Below are positions 29,555-39,440 of a DNA stretch of 64,000 bases, in pieces. Made by a program: the position numbers and the translations under genes. Numbering within the stretch: position 1 is the first letter of the stretch; each line of letters opens with the position of its first letter. The stretch comes from an uncultured Desulfosarcina sp. (GTDB lineage Bacteria > Desulfobacterota > Desulfobacteria > Desulfobacterales > Desulfosarcinaceae), in NCBI GenBank assembly GCA_963674945.2, contig CAXXWQ010000004.1, forward strand, positions 1,952,001 to 2,016,000. The letters are read 5' to 3'. The notes beneath the pieces were generated by a model, which saw only the letters and a program-made list of their open reading frames with translations, did not search any database and was not told where the DNA came from.

Positions 29555-30691
29555 ATGGCACTTCAATTATCCAATCGCATCCAACGGGTCGAAGGATCGA
29601 AAACCGCCCGCTTCATTCCACTGATGGAAGAGTTGCGGAAACAAGGGCGATCGGTGATCAGCCTCTCTATCGGCGAACCGACGGACGAGACGCCGGCTAA
29701 GGTGATCGACGGCACCAAGGCTGCTCTTGACCTCCAAAAAACCCGATACGGCGATATCGGCGGCCTTTCGGGCTTACGTACCACCCTGGCCGACGGGTTT
29801 GCCGGATGCAGCCCGGAAAACGTCGTCATCTGCAACGGATCAAAGCAGGCGCTTTACGCCATCTTCCAGACCATCTGTGATCCAGGTGACGAAGTGATCA
29901 TCCCTTTGCCCTGCTGGGTGAGCTTTTCCGAACAGGTCAAGCTGGCCGGCGGCCGGCCGGTGTTCGTTCCCACACGCGATCATCAGCTGGACACGGAGGC
30001 CATGGCGGCGGCGGTCACCGACAAGACCAAGGCGATCTTGATCAATTCCCCCAACAATCCCACCGGCGCGGTGTATCCGCGAAGGGATCTGGAACAAATC
30101 GCAAGGCTCGCATCGGCCCACGACCTCTTCTTGATCGCCGACGAGGCCTATGACTGGTTCGTCTACGACGATCAGTCCTGCGCATCCCTATACGATATGG
30201 CCGAGGTGCGGAACAGGGTCATCGTCACCCGAAGTTTTTCCAAGCACTACGCCATGACCGGATTTCGCGTGGGCTATGCCGTGGCCCCCACTGACGTGGC
30301 CCAGGCGTTGATTCGCCTGCAGAGCCACCTGACCGGCAACGTTTGCACCTTCGCCCAATACGGTGCCGTATCGGCCCTTGCCATGGGCGACGAACTCCTG
30401 GTCCGGCGCCGTCTGGTGCTGCAGCAAAAACGGGACCTGGCACTGGACCAACTCCACGGCCTTTTTCCCTGCATCCGCCCCCAGGGTGCTTTCTATCTCT
30501 TCCCTGACGTCTCCGACCACCTGAAAAAAGGGGAAACATCCGGTGATTTTGTTGCCCGCATCATCGAGGAGACGGCGGTGGTAATGGTTCCCGGCGAAGA
30601 CTTCGGCATGGACGGTCACGTTCGCATCTGCTTTGCCGTGCCCGACGATCAATTGGTGGAAGCATTCAGAAGGATTCGAGAGGTAATATGA
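29555..30691 (+). CDS. Class I/II PLP aminotransferase (aspartate/aromatic/prephenate type)
   Basis: NSPNNPTG, DEAY, SFSKHYAMTGFRVG, GAFY; located in the aro operon. Confidence 0.9.
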   Translation: MALQLSNRIQRVEGSKTARFIPLMEELRKQGRSVISLSIGEPTDETPAKVIDGTKAALDLQKTRYGDIGGLSGLRTTLADGFAGCSPENVVICNGSKQALYAIFQTICDPGDEVIIPLPCWVSFSEQVKLAGGRPVFVPTRDHQLDTEAMAAAVTDKTKAILINSPNNPTGAVYPRRDLEQIARLASAHDLFLIADEAYDWFVYDDQSCASLYDMAEVRNRVIVTRSFSKHYAMTGFRVGYAVAPTDVAQALIRLQSHLTGNVCTFAQYGAVSALAMGDELLVRRRLVLQQKRDLALDQLHGLFPCIRPQGAFYLFPDVSDHLKKGETSGDFVARIIEETAVVMVPGEDFGMDGHVRICFAVPDDQLVEAFRRIREVI

Positions 30692-31422
30692 GCAGCATCG
30701 GTATCATCGGATTCGGGCGCTTCGGTGCGCTGGCAGCCCGCTACCTGTCCAGAGATTTCTTCGTCGTTGTTTCGACCCGGAGCAAAAAGGACGATGAGAT
30801 CAGCGCCTGCGGCGCAAGGCCCGTCACACTTGAGGCTGCCTGCCGACAACGAATCGTTATTTTGTGCATGCCCATCTCCGCCATGCGCGAAACCCTGGGC
30901 CGGGTATCGCCCTTTTTATTGCCCGGCACCATTGTCGTGGATGTATGCTCGGTGAAGGTCTATCCGGTACAATGGATGAAAGAACTGCTCCCCTCGACCG
31001 TTTCCATCCTGCCCACCCACCCCATGTTCGGCCCTGACAGCGCTGCAGACGGGTTAAAGGGCCGCAAAATCGTATTATGCCCCGAAAACGAAAGGATCAA
31101 AACCGGCCCCTACGAAAAGATCAAGGCCTGGATGGAAGAAAAGGGTCTTGTTGTCATTCAGACCACGGCCGAAGAGCACGACGAGAAGATCGCCGTGAGC
31201 CTCTCCCTCACCCACTTTATCGGACGCAGCCTGTCGGCCTTCGGCGCAAGAGACCTGGACATCGATACCGAGGGGTACAAACGGCTCATGCACATCTTAG
31301 GGGTGGTCAGTCACGACACATGGCAGCTTTTCGAGGACATGAACACCTACAACCCCTATGCCAAACAAAAACGCCAGGCGTTCATGGACGCCATGGCCAA
31401 CATTCACGAAAGGCTTGGCTGA
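30688..31422 (+). CDS. tyrA: Prephenate/arogenate dehydrogenase
   Basis: IGIIGFGRFG, DVCSVK, THPMFGP, EEHD...LTHFIGR. Confidence 0.9.
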   Translation: MSSIGIIGFGRFGALAARYLSRDFFVVVSTRSKKDDEISACGARPVTLEAACRQRIVILCMPISAMRETLGRVSPFLLPGTIVVDVCSVKVYPVQWMKELLPSTVSILPTHPMFGPDSAADGLKGRKIVLCPENERIKTGPYEKIKAWMEEKGLVVIQTTAEEHDEKIAVSLSLTHFIGRSLSAFGARDLDIDTEGYKRLMHILGVVSHDTWQLFEDMNTYNPYAKQKRQAFMDAMANIHERLG

Positions 31423-32249
31423 TGAAAGTTGCATTCCAAGGAATTCGAGGCGCTTACAGCGAGATGGCCCTGCACGAACATTTCGGCAACGACGTGGAGG
31501 CGGTAAGTTGCGACACCTTCGACGACGTGTTCGAACTGGTCAACAAGGGCGAGGTGACCTATGGCTTCATCCCCGTGGAAAATACCATCGCCGGAACCGT
31601 GGTGGAGAATTACGACCTCCTCTTTGCCAATGAACTCTTCGTGATCGCCGAAGCCTACCTGCCCGTCCGTCATACTCTTCTGGCCAAACGAGGAGCGAAG
31701 CTCGACGAGATCAAGGAGGCCTTTTCCCATCCCCACGCGCTCAAGCAGTGCAAGGCCTATCTGAAGTCCCAGAATATCCGGATGCGCCCCACCTACGACA
31801 CGGCCGGGGCGGCCCAGGCCGTGTCCGCCGGAGATCGCATGGATTGCGCCGCCATCGCCTCGGAATTGTGTGCCGAGATCTATGACATGGAAATCCTGGA
31901 ACGAAACATACAGACCAACAGCACCAACACCACCCGCTTTTTCGTCATCGCCAAGAACGAGAATGTTCCGGATGATTATGAGCGACAGAAGACCACCGTT
32001 GCCTTCAAGACCCGTCACTACCCCGGAGCCCTCGTGGACTGTTTGAAGATTTTCCAGAAGAACAATCTCAACCTCACCAAGCTGGAATCCAGACCCATTC
32101 CGGAGAATCCCTGGGAGTACATCTTCTATGCAGCCTTCGAAGCCGGCATCGATACCGATGAGGCCAAAGCTGCCATCGGTGAGCTGACGGTGCACGCCGT
32201 CTTCGTCAAGCTGCTTGGCAGTTATCCCATCGCGGACAAGTGCTGGTAA
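31422..32249 (+). CDS. Monofunctional prephenate/arogenate dehydratase
   Basis: VAFQGIRGAYSE, PVENTIAG, SHPHALKQC, NTTRF, NLTKLESRP; TGATG overlap with tyrA. Confidence 0.92.
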   Translation: MKVAFQGIRGAYSEMALHEHFGNDVEAVSCDTFDDVFELVNKGEVTYGFIPVENTIAGTVVENYDLLFANELFVIAEAYLPVRHTLLAKRGAKLDEIKEAFSHPHALKQCKAYLKSQNIRMRPTYDTAGAAQAVSAGDRMDCAAIASELCAEIYDMEILERNIQTNSTNTTRFFVIAKNENVPDDYERQKTTVAFKTRHYPGALVDCLKIFQKNNLNLTKLESRPIPENPWEYIFYAAFEAGIDTDEAKAAIGELTVHAVFVKLLGSYPIADKCW

Positions 32250-32253
32250 GATC

Positions 32254-32832
32254 ATGACCCTGTTCAACATCCTTTTCATCGCCATCGCCCTTGCCATGGA
32301 TGCCTTCGCCGTTTCCATCGCCGCCGGCGTGACCCTGAAATCTGTGGGCCCGCGCCAGACATTCCGCCTGGCATGGCACTTCGGCCTGTTCCAGGCCATG
32401 ATGCCCGTCATCGGCTGGAGTGCCGGATTGACGGTGCGGAGCCATATCGAGGCCTACGATCACTGGATCGCCTTTTTGCTTCTCGCCTACGTGGCACAGG
32501 GAATGCTCCGCTCGGCATTCAAGGGAGAAACAAACGAAGAGGCCGCCAAGGACCCCACCCGGGGCATGACCATGGTGCTGCTCTCCATCGCCACCAGCAT
32601 CGACGCCCTGGCCGTGGGTTTGAGTCTTTCCATGATCAACATCTCCATCTGGACCCCGGCACTGATCATCGGACTTGTGGCCGGCGCCTTCACCGCAGTC
32701 GGGATACATCTGGGTAAAATGGTAGGCCGGATGCCGCAGTTGAGCCGATGGGCCGAAACCACGGGGGGCGTCGTCCTTCTTCTCATCGGAGTGAATATAT
32801 TGCGGGAACATGGTGCGCTTGCATGTTTCTGA
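32254..32832 (+). CDS. mntP: Manganese efflux pump MntP family
   Basis: IALAMDAFAVS, FGLFQAMMP, ATSIDALAVG. Confidence 0.9.
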   Translation: MTLFNILFIAIALAMDAFAVSIAAGVTLKSVGPRQTFRLAWHFGLFQAMMPVIGWSAGLTVRSHIEAYDHWIAFLLLAYVAQGMLRSAFKGETNEEAAKDPTRGMTMVLLSIATSIDALAVGLSLSMINISIWTPALIIGLVAGAFTAVGIHLGKMVGRMPQLSRWAETTGGVVLLLIGVNILREHGALACF

Positions 32833-32883
32833 CGATTGTCCATACATAAACCAAAAGACAAAACAAGAAACAGAAAAAAAAGA

Positions 32884-33257
32884 AAAGGGGTCAAGTCTGC
32901 TTTTGGCTTTTATTTCATCTTTTGTTATGAATATAGATTATGTCTCGACCTCTACGGATCAAATTTCCAGATGCCTGGTATCACGTAATGAACCGCAGCA
33001 GGCGAGGTGAAGTGGTCTATCATGACAAGGATGATTATCATGCGTTTATCCAGCTGCTGATCGAATCAACGGAGATGTGGAAAGGCACGACACTCTCAAA
33101 GACATCGCAAGCCAGTTCCAGATGGAAAAATACAGTTCGGCAGGCAGTACCATGGAACGAATCAAAAACCTGAAAAAAACCAAGGTGGAACTCAACCAGC
33201 GAATCGATTTTTTGATCGATATTATCATCAAAAGCCAAAAGCAGACTTGACCCCTTT
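32884..33257 (+). mobile_element. Internally deleted Y1 (IS200/RAYT-like HUH) transposase element with 28-bp terminal inverted repeats
   Basis: Perfect IRs AAAGGGGTCAAGTCTGCTTTTGGCTTTT (32884-32911 / 33230-33257). The N-terminus MSRPLRIKFPDAWYHVMNR (from 32940) is joined out of frame near 33081 to a C-terminus RHDTLKDIASQFQMEKYSS...KSQKQT-stop (33083-33250). Confidence 0.85.
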
Positions 33258-33272
33258 GTTCTTTGTCTTTGC

Positions 33273-34607
33273 TTACCGATCAAAAGCAAGCCGCCTGCCG
33301 GTGGGCTGCGGATCGATACGACCATCCAGATAGGCCGGATGACCGTTTACGAAGGTGGCGACGACGGTGGACCGAAAACTTCGGCCGGCAAAGGGTGTCC
33401 ACCCGCACCGGTAATAGACCGGTTGTTCGTCAACATGCTGTCCGCGATGCAGATCCACCAGTACAAGATCCGCCCAATACCCCTCCCGTATGTATCCCCG
33501 CTCCTTCACGTCGAAAAGCCGCGCTGGATTGTGCGCGGTCAACTGGACCACCTGTTCCACGGTGAGCCTCTTGTCATGGACCTGTTCCAGCAGGCTGACA
33601 AGGGCATGCTGCACCAACGGCAGTCCGGATGGGGCCTCGGTGTAGTTCAGGTGCTTCTCCACCAGGGTATGGGGGGCATGGTCCGTCCCCACCACATCGA
33701 TGCGTCCATCTGCGATAGCTGCCAGAAGCTGCCGTCGGTCCTCTTCTGTTTTAATGGCCGGATTGCATTTGATGAGGGTCTGTTTTTCCCCGTAATCGGT
33801 ATCCGCGAAATAAAGATGATGAACACATGCCTCTGCGGTAATTTGTTTCTCGTGAGCGGGTTTGGCGGAAAAAAATTCCAACTCTCTGGCAGTGCTCAGG
33901 TGAAGCACATGAAGCCGGGTGTTGCACCGACGGGCCAGGGAAACGGCAAGCGAGGTGGATCGATAGCAGGCCTCCTCGCTTCGAATCACAGGATGCAATG
34001 CCATGGGAATGTCGTCGCCGTGGATCGCCCGATACTGCTGTGTGTTGGCCTCGATGGTGGGGGTGTCTTCGCAGTGAGTGGCCACGAGCGTCGGACTATG
34101 GGTAAAGATCTGCTCCAGTGCAACCGGATCATCCACGAGCATGTTGCCTGTGGAGGCCCCCATGAATACCTTCACCCCACACGCCGCCTTGGGATCCAGT
34201 CGCTTGATCTGTTCGATGTTGTCGTTGGCACCGCCCAGGTAGAAACTGTAGTTTGCAAAGGAGGTTTCGCCGGCGATGCGGTGTTTCTCCTCGAGGCGGC
34301 CGATGGTTGTGGTGGGTGGAGAGGTGTTGGGCATCTCCATGAAACTGGTGATGCCGCCGGCCACCGCCGCACGGGATTCAGAACCGATGTCTGCCTTGTG
34401 GGTCAGGCCCGGCTCTCTGAAATGGACCTGGTCGTCGATCATCCCCGGAAGGAGCAATCGGCCAGTAGCGTCGATGACCCGCTTTGCCCCTTCGGTGGGC
34501 AGGGTACTGCCCATGGCATCGATACGGCCATCTCGTATTCGGATATCCATGTGGGCCGATCGCCCTTCGTTTATCGTCAGTGCATTTGTAATCACAATCG
34601 TGGTCAT
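33273..34607 (-). CDS. pyrC: Dihydroorotase
   Basis: LPGMIDDQVHFREPG, MEMPNT, KVFMG, HCED, KCNP, TDHAPH. Confidence 0.9.
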   Translation of the reverse strand: MTTIVITNALTINEGRSAHMDIRIRDGRIDAMGSTLPTEGAKRVIDATGRLLLPGMIDDQVHFREPGLTHKADIGSESRAAVAGGITSFMEMPNTSPPTTTIGRLEEKHRIAGETSFANYSFYLGGANDNIEQIKRLDPKAACGVKVFMGASTGNMLVDDPVALEQIFTHSPTLVATHCEDTPTIEANTQQYRAIHGDDIPMALHPVIRSEEACYRSTSLAVSLARRCNTRLHVLHLSTARELEFFSAKPAHEKQITAEACVHHLYFADTDYGEKQTLIKCNPAIKTEEDRRQLLAAIADGRIDVVGTDHAPHTLVEKHLNYTEAPSGLPLVQHALVSLLEQVHDKRLTVEQVVQLTAHNPARLFDVKERGYIREGYWADLVLVDLHRGQHVDEQPVYYRCGWTPFAGRSFRSTVVATFVNGHPAYLDGRIDPQPTGRRLAFDR

Positions 34608-34839
34608 GGCCACTCCCCAAATAAAATCGGTGGTTTCCAGCCACTTTTGGGGTTACCCTATTTTTCCCGAGGACAATCGAAAGGAATCGGTACAGGAAAT
34701 CACCAAAGCGGCCGATAAGGTATTTCGAAACAATGATTACAGATCCTATACATGGACACCAATATCGTCAAATGGTTAACATCACGAAGGGTTGATTGCG
34801 TACCGCGCCGATTGTCAACAAAAAGCTAACTATACGAAG

Positions 34840-37158
34840 ATGTTTGAATTTTTCAAATTCCAACCCAGACTGCCCGGACTCAAAAATTTTCCCCTGGAGT
34901 CCTATTCCACCGATTTTTCCATAGATCGTCTGGTACGAGGGGTTGACAATATCCGTCACGACGTGCGCCTGAGCCCAACGTTCTGCTCGTCCACTGCCAA
35001 ACTCGCCGCTTTGCTTATCGAACAGGAAACCGGCATTTGGACCGGCCCGGAACACAAGCGTTTGAACGCGTTAACCATAGAGCAGGAAAGTTACCGCGAG
35101 CGCTATGGCCAAATCATGAATGACGCGGTGAACAAGGCCAGGGCCGCCAAAGAGATGCAGGTCGACTTCCTCGCACAGATCGCCATCCTCACAATGGTGC
35201 ACGAGGAGATACGGCGTCAATACGACGGCCTGATCAGCCATTGTAAAACCGCAATTCGAAAATTTGACCTCGCCCACCACGATGACCACATGGCGGCCCA
35301 TAAACTCAAGGAAAATCTGGCACATGTCCTCCAAAGCAGGGAATCGGTACAGCGAAAGGTTGGCCTGAAACTTTGTGAATACTTCCGGGAGGTTAGAGAG
35401 ACGGATGTCCGTGAAATGCGCGAAGCCGTTTTCGGCCAGGATCTGCCATTTCTCTTCGATCTCCTCAGCAACCCCATCATTCACATGGACAACCCGTTCA
35501 ACGACCACTTCATGATCGAGGAGTACGACCTGTGCATGGGACGCCGGATCGATGATCCCGATCATTATGAAATCCTGCTCAACCTGTTGCGCAATATCTT
35601 CGCCTTTTTGGACATGGAGGAAACGGCGGCCATTAGTTGGTCCCTGGATCGACGGCGCAGGGAAATGCTGGCAAGTTCGTTACAGCAAGACGACAGCGCC
35701 AAACATTTCCGGTTGGATCGTCTTGACCAATGGATCAAGCGTCCGGAAAATATCGATCTGTTGCTCAACAGAGACCTTTGTCGAAAACAATACAAGGCCT
35801 TGAAGCGGGAAAAAGCCGACAAAGAAACCCTTCGCACCTATCGCCTTCGCAGGAAGCATCAACGCCTTCTATTGGGATATTTTCTCCGGCAATTTTCACG
35901 AACGGGTCTCATGGAGCGGATAACGGCATCCTATGAAATGCAGCCTTTGTATCGCGAGTTCTGTCCACCCCTGATCCCCCAGCAAGTTCTGCAATACCTG
36001 GTCAGCCCCAAAGATCGGAAACTGATCAAAAAACGTCTCAAGCGCCTGAAACGGCTCTACGGAAAGACATTTCGACTCCGGCCCCTCAACCGCAAGGTGG
36101 TCCAGTTGGAACGAATGGGGACGCGCCGAAAAAAGGCATACCTGATGCGGTTTCTGCATTCATTTTGCAGGTTTCACCGAGATTTCTTCTGCTACACGGT
36201 CTATCAAAAAGCGGCGGAACGAATCAATCTGGTTACCGATAAAAAGATCCTCGCGCTCTCCAAGGCAAACCACACGCTCTACGAATTTCTGTTGCCCCAC
36301 GAACAGGAGATGGTCGAAAAACCCATCATGAACCACACCATTATCAAGGCGGATCTCCGCGGGTCCACGGATATCACGCACCAGATGAATGCACGTGGTC
36401 TCAATTCCGCCACCTACTTCAGCCTCAATTTCTTCGATCCCATTACCGAGATCCTGTCCGAATATGGCGCCCACAAGGTATTCATCGAAGGGGACGCCAT
36501 CATCTTGTCCATCTTCGAACAGGAAGATACACCCGATGGCTGGTACAGCGTGGCCCGTGCCTGCGGAATGGCCATCAACATGCTGATGATCATCAACCGC
36601 TATAACCAAAAGAGTCAGGAGTACCAATTGCCCATACTGGAATTGGGCATCGGCATCTGCCACCGCGCCGACGCCCCCACCTTTCTCTTCGATGGGGACA
36701 ATCGGATCATGATCTCCCCGGCCATCAATCTGGCGGATCGCATGTCCGGATGCAACAAATCGGTACGCCATATCATCCGAAAAAACACCAGCCCATTCAA
36801 CCTATTCGTTTTTCAGGGCGCCTCGGACGAGGAATTGGCCAAAACCGCAGACGACCTCTTCTTGCGATACAATGTCAACGGCATCCAGTTGAACGAGGCG
36901 GGCTTTCGCAAATTGAGACAGGAGATCGATTTAAAGCCTTTCTATGGTGACATTCCGGACCTCAGACTGAAAAAGGTTCGATTGTTTACTGGAAAATTCC
37001 CAACGAAATCTCTTCGTTATCAACGACTCGTCATACGGGAAGCGAAAATTCCCATCGTCGATCCCCAAAACCTCAATCAGCGCCGTGCCACCAACCGAAA
37101 ATACTACGAGGTGTGCACAAGCCCGACATTGTATAAAGCCACGGCACACCTCATTTAG
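34840..37158 (+). CDS. Large hypothetical protein with a C-terminal class III nucleotide cyclase-like domain
   Basis: IKADLRGST...KVFIEGDAII...LGIGI...AINLADRMS. The N-terminal ~500 aa are basic, likely helical, and unrecognised. Confidence 0.7.
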   Translation: MFEFFKFQPRLPGLKNFPLESYSTDFSIDRLVRGVDNIRHDVRLSPTFCSSTAKLAALLIEQETGIWTGPEHKRLNALTIEQESYRERYGQIMNDAVNKARAAKEMQVDFLAQIAILTMVHEEIRRQYDGLISHCKTAIRKFDLAHHDDHMAAHKLKENLAHVLQSRESVQRKVGLKLCEYFREVRETDVREMREAVFGQDLPFLFDLLSNPIIHMDNPFNDHFMIEEYDLCMGRRIDDPDHYEILLNLLRNIFAFLDMEETAAISWSLDRRRREMLASSLQQDDSAKHFRLDRLDQWIKRPENIDLLLNRDLCRKQYKALKREKADKETLRTYRLRRKHQRLLLGYFLRQFSRTGLMERITASYEMQPLYREFCPPLIPQQVLQYLVSPKDRKLIKKRLKRLKRLYGKTFRLRPLNRKVVQLERMGTRRKKAYLMRFLHSFCRFHRDFFCYTVYQKAAERINLVTDKKILALSKANHTLYEFLLPHEQEMVEKPIMNHTIIKADLRGSTDITHQMNARGLNSATYFSLNFFDPITEILSEYGAHKVFIEGDAIILSIFEQEDTPDGWYSVARACGMAINMLMIINRYNQKSQEYQLPILELGIGICHRADAPTFLFDGDNRIMISPAINLADRMSGCNKSVRHIIRKNTSPFNLFVFQGASDEELAKTADDLFLRYNVNGIQLNEAGFRKLRQEIDLKPFYGDIPDLRLKKVRLFTGKFPTKSLRYQRLVIREAKIPIVDPQNLNQRRATNRKYYEVCTSPTLYKATAHLI

Positions 37159-37160
37159 TC

Positions 37161-37580
37161 CTATGCAATGCTGGGATAAAGGTGCAACAACCGGTTGCCG
37201 AGCATCGTCGCCAAACGCTGGAACAAGGTTGTCCCTTCGGACGGATTCGCTTCGATAATTTTTAGGAAACCATCCTTGTCCAAACGACTCACAATGGTGG
37301 GTTCGAGGCAGGTGGCCGTTGCGGACATCACGTCGCGTCCAATGAGGCTGGACCAGCCGATGACCTCTCCCGGCTGATAGGCCACATATACCTCGCGGGA
37401 TTTTTCTCCCAATGTGAGTTTAATGCGCCCCTTCACCAGGATATAGAAGGCGTTGGCCGGATCTCCCTCCTTGAAAACAGCCTTTCCCTCTTCGAGGTTC
37501 TCCTTGGTGCTGAGTTCCATGGCCGATTTGACGAAATCCTTGTCCATCCCCCAAAACAAATCTCCTTGCTTAAGATACAT
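37161..37580 (-). CDS. Stand-alone cyclic nucleotide-binding domain protein
   Basis: VFKEGDPANAFYILVKGRI...PGEVIGWSSL; 139 aa, no HTH; AGGAGG RBS. Confidence 0.88.
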   Translation of the reverse strand: MYLKQGDLFWGMDKDFVKSAMELSTKENLEEGKAVFKEGDPANAFYILVKGRIKLTLGEKSREVYVAYQPGEVIGWSSLIGRDVMSATATCLEPTIVSRLDKDGFLKIIEANPSEGTTLFQRLATMLGNRLLHLYPSIA

Positions 37581-38128
37581 GGATGGCCTCCTTTCTAAGT
37601 GATTTATTGCAAAGCATCCATCGACAACCACGTATGGTTTGTACGGGAAGAGGCGCCATTGGTCAGAGGAAATCTCGAATTGAAAAAAAACAGGAGGTTG
37701 CCGGTCCTTCGGCGACATTCGGAAAAGAAAGTGGCAACATGAAACCAGACGCACGGGGAAGAAGGGGACTTCAAGATCAAGAATTTCGGATGGAACATCC
37801 CAAGTGGTCAGATCGAAACGCCCTTACCGTGACATTGGGTCGTCTATGAAATAAATTATAGTCGTCGAAAGGCAAAAGGGTCAATTGAAAAGGAAGAGGG
37901 AGATGAAAAATTTCAGAAATTGCCTTTCTCCCACTGGATTGGGTATGATATTACATCGGCAATTGAATGGCGTATTATTTTCTGCGCCATATTACCATAA
38001 ACCCCATACACCATATTTTGGAGAAAAGAATTGTGGTTGGCACCTGCACCATTTGATTACCGGTTTAAATCGAAGAGTCCTTGGCACCTGTGAAACCAAA
38101 TCAGGCAATCTCCGGTCGATTTATGATT

Positions 38129-38280
38129 GACGGCTTCGCAAAAAGTCCGATATCGGCGTTACGCTTCACCCCTCGTCACTGCGACGTATCAATACATACG
38201 CCTCATTTCTCGGGGTTCGCAAGCCTTGATCTCGAACTTTTTACGAAGCCGTCCGAAATTCGGCTTGTTACGAGCTCATC
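38129..38280. repeat. Palindromic intergenic element family A, full copy (inverted relative to 2326-2477)
   Basis: 125-bp core 38129-38253 with IRs gacggcttcgcaaaaagtccga / tcgaactttttacgaagccgtc, plus a third arm ending at 38280. Confidence 0.9.
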
Positions 38281-39435
38281 ATGATTACCAGTGAAAACAG
38301 CATTAAAATTCAGTACTTTCTCTATTTCGGCACCATGGGTGTCTTCCTTCCCTATTTCAACCTGTACTGCCTCGACATTGGTTTCACGGGTTTTCAGATC
38401 GGTAGCCTCTCGGCGGTTCGTTCGGTCGTGTTGATTCTCTTTTCAATCTTTTGGAGTGTTTTGGCCGATCGAAAAGGCATACGTCGTCCCATCTACATTC
38501 TTTGCAGTTTTGCCAGCACATTGCTTTGGGTGCTGTTTCTTCTCACATCTGATTTTCGCTTAATGCTCGCCATAACCTTCTTCTATGGTGCGTTTTATTC
38601 TCCGATTATCTCCTTTTTGGAAGCATTCTCCATGGATGTTCTGGGAAAGACCAAACGGCGATACGGCAAAACGCGAGCATGGGGATCGGTTGCATTTATC
38701 TCGGTGGTCCTGACTGTGGGAAAGATGATCGACCGCTTTGAAGTTCGCATCATCCTCTATCTCGTACTGGCGATTTCGGCAGCGCATGCCATCACAACCA
38801 TTACAATACCGAAAATCAGATCCCATTACCCCAAGCAACCCCATGACCGGGGCTGGCTCTTTTCAGGAAATACGATTGTGTTTCTGTTCAGTGCCTTCCT
38901 CATGCTGGTGAGTCATGGCGCTTATTATGGATTTTTCTCTATCCATCTTTCTCAATATGGGTTGGGCGGAGGCTTCATCGGCCTGTCCTGGGCGCTGGCA
39001 TCCACGGCAGAGGTGGTGGTGATGATCAACTCACCCCGGCTTTTCAATCGTTTTTCCTTCAAACAGGTACTTGCCGCTTCATTTGGCGTTGCCACGGTTC
39101 GATGGCTGCTTTTATACTTCTCTCAGTCCGCCGTTGTCATTATGGCCAGCCAACTGCTACATGCCGTAACTTACGGTGCCTTTCACATGGCCGGAATTCT
39201 TTACATGGACCAACTCTCTCCGGCTTCTGAAAAAACCTTGGGGCAAGCGGTCAATAACGCGGTCACCTATGGATTGGGCCTCACCGTTGGTTTTTTTGCG
39301 AGCGGCGCTTTATTCAAAGCGGGAAATACAGAAAACCTGTTTCTGTACAGTGCCGGCGTGTCCATGCTCGGAGGATTGCTGTTTTTCGGGACCCATTGGC
39401 TGGTGCTACGAAAAAAAGCATCTTCTGCCAATTAG
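38281..39435 (+). CDS. MFS transporter (HcaT/nucleoside permease-like)
   Basis: YFLYFG.MGVFLPY, YGKTRAWGS, YYGFFSIHL, AEV, SQLLHAVTYG; hydrophobic throughout. Confidence 0.88.
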   Translation: MITSENSIKIQYFLYFGTMGVFLPYFNLYCLDIGFTGFQIGSLSAVRSVVLILFSIFWSVLADRKGIRRPIYILCSFASTLLWVLFLLTSDFRLMLAITFFYGAFYSPIISFLEAFSMDVLGKTKRRYGKTRAWGSVAFISVVLTVGKMIDRFEVRIILYLVLAISAAHAITTITIPKIRSHYPKQPHDRGWLFSGNTIVFLFSAFLMLVSHGAYYGFFSIHLSQYGLGGGFIGLSWALASTAEVVVMINSPRLFNRFSFKQVLAASFGVATVRWLLLYFSQSAVVIMASQLLHAVTYGAFHMAGILYMDQLSPASEKTLGQAVNNAVTYGLGLTVGFFASGALFKAGNTENLFLYSAGVSMLGGLLFFGTHWLVLRKKASSAN

Positions 39436-39440
39436 ACGAA

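Noticed and set aside
37590..38100. Riboswitch or sRNA in the long intergenic region
   Set aside because: Some pairing is possible (GTTGCC/GGCAAC next to an A/T tract), but I recognise no consensus such as the c-di-GMP-I motif; support is insufficient.
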